NCBI GenBank assembly: GCA_963662265.2
Contig: CAXXHA010000010.1
Coordinates: 96,001-160,000 of the forward strand
Length of the DNA: 64,000 bases
Source of the DNA: Spirochaetia bacterium
GTDB taxonomy: Bacteria; Spirochaetota; Spirochaetia; CADAEX01
Direction: 5' to 3'
This document shows, piece after piece, positions 60,262 to 64,000 of the stretch. Every line of letters starts with the position of its first letter. Position 1 is the stretch's first letter. A model generated the notes under the pieces. The model ran no database searches, was not told where the DNA came from, and saw only the letters and a program-made list of their open reading frames with translations. Made by a program: the position numbers and the translations under genes.

Positions 60262-61164
60262 ATGATTAAACAGAAATACAGGGCGGAAATATATCTTGCA
60301 ACAGCAACTCTGATCTGGGGAGCAACCTTTGTTATAATAAAAGAGGGGCTTAAAAGCTCATCCCCTGTACTCTTCATAGGAATCAGGTTTACAGCAGCCT
60401 TTCTCATTATGGGAGTATTAAACAGGAAAAGCTTCAGAAACGCGACAGGGAAAATGTGGAAACATGCCCTGATTCTGGGAATTCTGAATTACATAGCATA
60501 TGCTGCCCAGACAATCGGCCTTGAATACACAACAGTCGCAAAATCAAGCCTGGTAACATACCTGTTTTCCGTCATCACCCCTCCTCTTCAGTATATAATA
60601 ACAGGGAAGAAACCATCTGCCGGAAATGTTACAGGCCTTTTAATTGTATTTACAGGGATGATGATTATAACATCCCCCGGGGCAGAGGGGATAAATTTCG
60701 GAGACATACTGACACTTGCTAGCGCATTTTCATATGCCTTCTATATTGTATATATTGATGTCTATTCTTCGGCCAAAGACGCAGGATTCCTGGTATCAGT
60801 GCAGTTTCTGATAACCGGGCTGCTTGGTTTTATTACAGCTCCAATGGTTGAAAAAACCTTTATCGTGTTTGATCTGAACCTCATATTATCAATAGCCTAC
60901 CTTTCAATACTTGGAAGCGTTGTAGCAATCTACCTTATTAACCGTTTTCAGAAATATACAACTCCCACAAAAGCAGTAATTATATACTCACTCGAACCTC
61001 TTTTTTCCGTTCTTCTGGGTATAATAATTCTCAACGAATCAAAATCTGCTGCAAAATTCAGCGGCATGGCACTCATAATCGGAGGGATACTGTTTTCTGA
61101 ACTATGGGAGAATTTCAGGAATAAAAAAGCTTCCAGGAAAGAATACATGCTGAAATCAGATTAG
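60262..61164 (+). CDS. DMT/EamA family transporter
   Basis: IWGATF, IRF, QTIGLEYTT, GDILTL, LEPLF; 10 TM. Confidence 0.93.
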   Translation: MIKQKYRAEIYLATATLIWGATFVIIKEGLKSSSPVLFIGIRFTAAFLIMGVLNRKSFRNATGKMWKHALILGILNYIAYAAQTIGLEYTTVAKSSLVTYLFSVITPPLQYIITGKKPSAGNVTGLLIVFTGMMIITSPGAEGINFGDILTLASAFSYAFYIVYIDVYSSAKDAGFLVSVQFLITGLLGFITAPMVEKTFIVFDLNLILSIAYLSILGSVVAIYLINRFQKYTTPTKAVIIYSLEPLFSVLLGIIILNESKSAAKFSGMALIIGGILFSELWENFRNKKASRKEYMLKSD

Positions 61165-61219
61165 GAATAATTTTCGATTTTCGTAGCAACAGAATCCTTT
61201 TATGACAGGATTCTGAGCA

Positions 61220-62098
61220 TTATCTTTTCCGCAGCGACTTGTTTTTATACATGACAGTATCTGCTCTTCTGAGGACCTCTCCAAGTGTCATATCGCAGTG
61301 GACAGGAACAAGACCGTATGTAAAATCAACTTCATAGTCTCTTATCTCGTCTCTGACCAGGGATCTGAACCTTTCAATTATTCCGCCTGCCACCTCAAGC
61401 TCCATTGTATCGACAACAAGAACAAATTCATCTCCGCCCAGCCTGAAAAACTGATCACTGCTTCTCTTGTACCGTGTTAAGATTTCCGCAAAATCCCTGA
61501 GAATCCGGTCCCCTGTATCATGGCCGTGTCTGTCATTTATTTCCTTGAATCCGTCAAGATCTATATAGCAGAATGTAACAGATTCTGTAATCATTTCATC
61601 TCCATAAAGCTGAAGAAGGGCCCTCCTGTTATAAATTCCGGTAAGGGAATCATGAAGAGATGTATGCTTGAGAGTTACTATTTTCCGGTCCTTCCTTTTC
61701 GTAATAACAACAAAGCCAAGCAGAAGAACAGCAACAGATATGAGCATTATATAATCAGCAAAAAAATCTTCAATTTTATCGACAACACCATCTTCAGCAA
61801 ACCAGAATATTTCTTCAAACCATTCGAGAAAATAAACCAGAGACATGATAAGTATTGCAAGCGAAACAAGCCTGAATCTGAATTCCCTGTAAATTATATA
61901 AGCTGTAAATAAAAGGACAAAACTTATTATCGAATTATTGTAAACTTCATAAACTTCACGAATAAGACCGTTAGCAGTCATATAAATAATAACAGAAAAA
62001 TAAACAATAAAACTGACAAGAAATTCGAGAAATATTCTGTTGTTGAGGATCTTATGAGAGTTATTTGAATTGGGATTACATTTGTTTTCCTTTCCCAT
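61220..62098 (-). CDS. Membrane diguanylate cyclase
   Basis: 4 TM; DSLTGIYNRR, DLDGFKEINDRHGHDTGD, I-site RSSD, GGDEF, ADTVMY. Confidence 0.94.
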   Translation of the reverse strand: MGKENKCNPNSNNSHKILNNRIFLEFLVSFIVYFSVIIYMTANGLIREVYEVYNNSIISFVLLFTAYIIYREFRFRLVSLAILIMSLVYFLEWFEEIFWFAEDGVVDKIEDFFADYIMLISVAVLLLGFVVITKRKDRKIVTLKHTSLHDSLTGIYNRRALLQLYGDEMITESVTFCYIDLDGFKEINDRHGHDTGDRILRDFAEILTRYKRSSDQFFRLGGDEFVLVVDTMELEVAGGIIERFRSLVRDEIRDYEVDFTYGLVPVHCDMTLGEVLRRADTVMYKNKSLRKR

Positions 62099-62201
62099 AG
62101 AACAATAATAGCATAATTATCTGAAATTACATATTTTTTTAACAAACAAAGATTTATGCTTTATTGCCTATTACAGATAATCTGATAGAATTAAACGTGT
62201 T

Positions 62202-64000
62202 ATGCAAAGATTAAACACAAGATCAACAAGAGTATCAGCATCATTAATATCGGCAGTAATTGTATCTTCAGTGCTTTATGCAGTTTCACCCTGTCTTACA
62301 GACAAAAGCGCTGTATTAAAACTGAAGATTGAAGATATTTCCGACATATTATTTTCAGCTTCCATAATTATTCACATTGCCTGGATAATTATGATTTCAG
62401 CGCTTAAAGGTAAACAGGGGAATATCGCACAGAGGCTTCCAGATTTTTTCATAGTTTCCACACTGATGTTTTTTCTATTCAACTACCTTTTCGCCGCAAA
62501 CGCAGGACTCGAATATGTCCAGAGATTTGCAAAAACATCAGATGTTCTCAGCTTTGCACCTGACACAGGAACAGAGAGGCTTATAACAGCGCTGCTTTTT
62601 ACCCCGATCCTGGCGGCAGATATATTTGCTTCTTTAGTTTTCAGGAGAGAAAAACTTCTTTCCATAAACAGCATGAGGCTTCCCCTCACACTGCTGTCTG
62701 CCCTCTTATACGCTTTTTCATTCCCCTCCTTCCTGCATCTTGAAGGTTTCGGGATACTTATATTTATTGCATTTATACCGCTTTTGATAGTTTTCAAGAT
62801 TTCTTCAGTCAGGAGAGCTGTTTTCTACGGCATAGCATTCGGAATATTTCAGACAATGATTATCAACTACTGGCTCGCAACATTCAGCCTTGTATCTCTT
62901 CAGTTTGTCACAATACTCTACACCCTTCTTTTTACTTTTTTTATGTCGTTTTCCGTCTATATCTACAGAAAATCAAAAATCGGGTGGCTTCTATTCCCCT
63001 TTGCATGGATTGTATTTGAATGGGCAAGATCTTCCGGCTTCTCGGCATATCCGTGGTGCCTGACAGGATCAGCTATTTACAAATACCTTCCCCTTATCCA
63101 GATCGCATCTGTCACAGGTATATGGGGAATATCCTTCATGGTTGTTCTTATAAACACTTCGCTGGCAGAATTACTGTATACAACACTTGCATCAGGCAGT
63201 GAGAATAACACTGCACAACCAGCAGCCAAAAAAAGCTTCACACTTCTCACTGAAGGCTCAAGCGGCCTTTATGATGAAGGGCAGGCGGAGAAGAGAGGCA
63301 GGAAGGAAAAATTATTCTGCAAGCCATGCAGCAGTCTGAAAAAATACATACCTGTAATAACAGCATTGACTGTAACATCAGCAGTCCTGATATTCGGCCT
63401 TTATGAGCTAGAAAGAGACAGCAGATTAAAAGCAGACAGGAAGGTCTCCCTGTCTCTCATACAGCAGAATGCGGATCCGAGGAAAACAGGATACGGAGAA
63501 AGCTTTGAATCGCTTAAGAAACTTACAGATGAGGCAAGAAGCCTTGAGAAAACAGACCTTGTGGTATGGTCTGAAACAGCCTTTGTCCCTAACATAAGAA
63601 GGTGGGGTTCACTTGAAAGAGACTACAACTCACTCACCCGGATTACACACAAATTCCTCGATTACCAGAGAGAGGGAAATTTTTATCTCGTTACGGGAAA
63701 CGATGACTACGAGATTATTGAAAACAGCGACGGGAGTGTTGTGAGAAATGAATATAACGCAGCAGTATTTTTTTCCGACAAGGGAAAGAGGCTTGATACA
63801 TACAGGAAAATCAGGCTTGTCCCGTTCACAGAATACTTTCCCTTCAAAAAGCAGCTTCCATGGATGTATGAAATACTGATAAAGATGGATGTATACCTCT
63901 GGGAACCGGGAAAAGTCAGGACAGTTTTCAAACATCCCGAATTCAGCTTCTCAACCCCTATCTGTTTCGAAGACCTTTTCCCCGGTTATGTCAGGGGCTT
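62202..64000 (+). CDS. lnt: Apolipoprotein N-acyltransferase, runs off the window end
   Basis: One frame from ATG 62202 carries FSFPS, VVWSETA (63561), YRKIRLVPFTEY (63801) and ICFED (63960), i.e. the E-K-C triad. Confidence 0.92.
   Translation, partial: MQRLNTRSTRVSASLISAVIVSSVLYAVSPCLTDKSAVLKLKIEDISDILFSASIIIHIAWIIMISALKGKQGNIAQRLPDFFIVSTLMFFLFNYLFAANAGLEYVQRFAKTSDVLSFAPDTGTERLITALLFTPILAADIFASLVFRREKLLSINSMRLPLTLLSALLYAFSFPSFLHLEGFGILIFIAFIPLLIVFKISSVRRAVFYGIAFGIFQTMIINYWLATFSLVSLQFVTILYTLLFTFFMSFSVYIYRKSKIGWLLFPFAWIVFEWARSSGFSAYPWCLTGSAIYKYLPLIQIASVTGIWGISFMVVLINTSLAELLYTTLASGSENNTAQPAAKKSFTLLTEGSSGLYDEGQAEKRGRKEKLFCKPCSSLKKYIPVITALTVTSAVLIFGLYELERDSRLKADRKVSLSLIQQNADPRKTGYGESFESLKKLTDEARSLEKTDLVVWSETAFVPNIRRWGSLERDYNSLTRITHKFLDYQREGNFYLVTGNDDYEIIENSDGSVVRNEYNAAVFFSDKGKRLDTYRKIRLVPFTEYFPFKKQLPWMYEILIKMDVYLWEPGKVRTVFKHPEFSFSTPICFEDLFPGYVRG

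Noticed and set aside
58-63935. Numerous 60-210 aa ORFs antisense to or nested in real genes (e.g. 9791-10324, 35025-35573, 39444-40064, 40615-41247)
   Set aside because: Shadow frames with S/F/I-rich composition and no recognisable motifs
1-64000. tRNA, rRNA, tmRNA, RNase P, transposase or integrase genes
   Set aside because: No diagnostic signatures found by eye in the intergenic regions or the ORF track; a tRNAscan/Infernal run would be needed to exclude them fully

Overview
AT-rich chromosomal segment, most likely from a free-living spirochaete (Spirochaetia): it has a mitochondrial-like spdEFG1-type fusA, an archaeal-type PheRS (long alpha, short beta) and a long Borrelia-type thymidine kinase. 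I found no rRNA, tRNA, CRISPR array, prophage or intact IS. The left half is mostly housekeeping (fusA, thrH, pheST, rlmKL, ychF, tdk) plus a nucleotide-signalling block at 3.5-15 kb. That block contains a membrane class III cyclase lacking the ATP-specifying Lys, a soluble hybrid histidine kinase, a REC-STAS-like-REC regulator, a cNMP-binding domain fused to an AMP-nucleosidase/PNP-like (DUF6909-like) domain, and an adjacent adenosine-specific-kinase family gene. It is the best candidate here for an undescribed system. The middle holds a Na+/solute symporter with a small accessory ORF missing from the ORF track and twin TetR-like operators, and an RpiR/HAD-linked ABC importer. The right half is a citrate fermentation island (citC-citDEF-tctCBA-citXG, LysR, oadGAB) preceded by a beta-propeller/HisKA_3 sensor and NarL-type regulator instead of CitAB. 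The sensor and citC carry four +1 homopolymer frameshifts, which may be assembly errors. The window ends with a sirtuin, an aminotransferase, EndoQ, EamA, a GGDEF protein and a truncated lnt. All family calls come from reading motifs by eye; no database searches were run.
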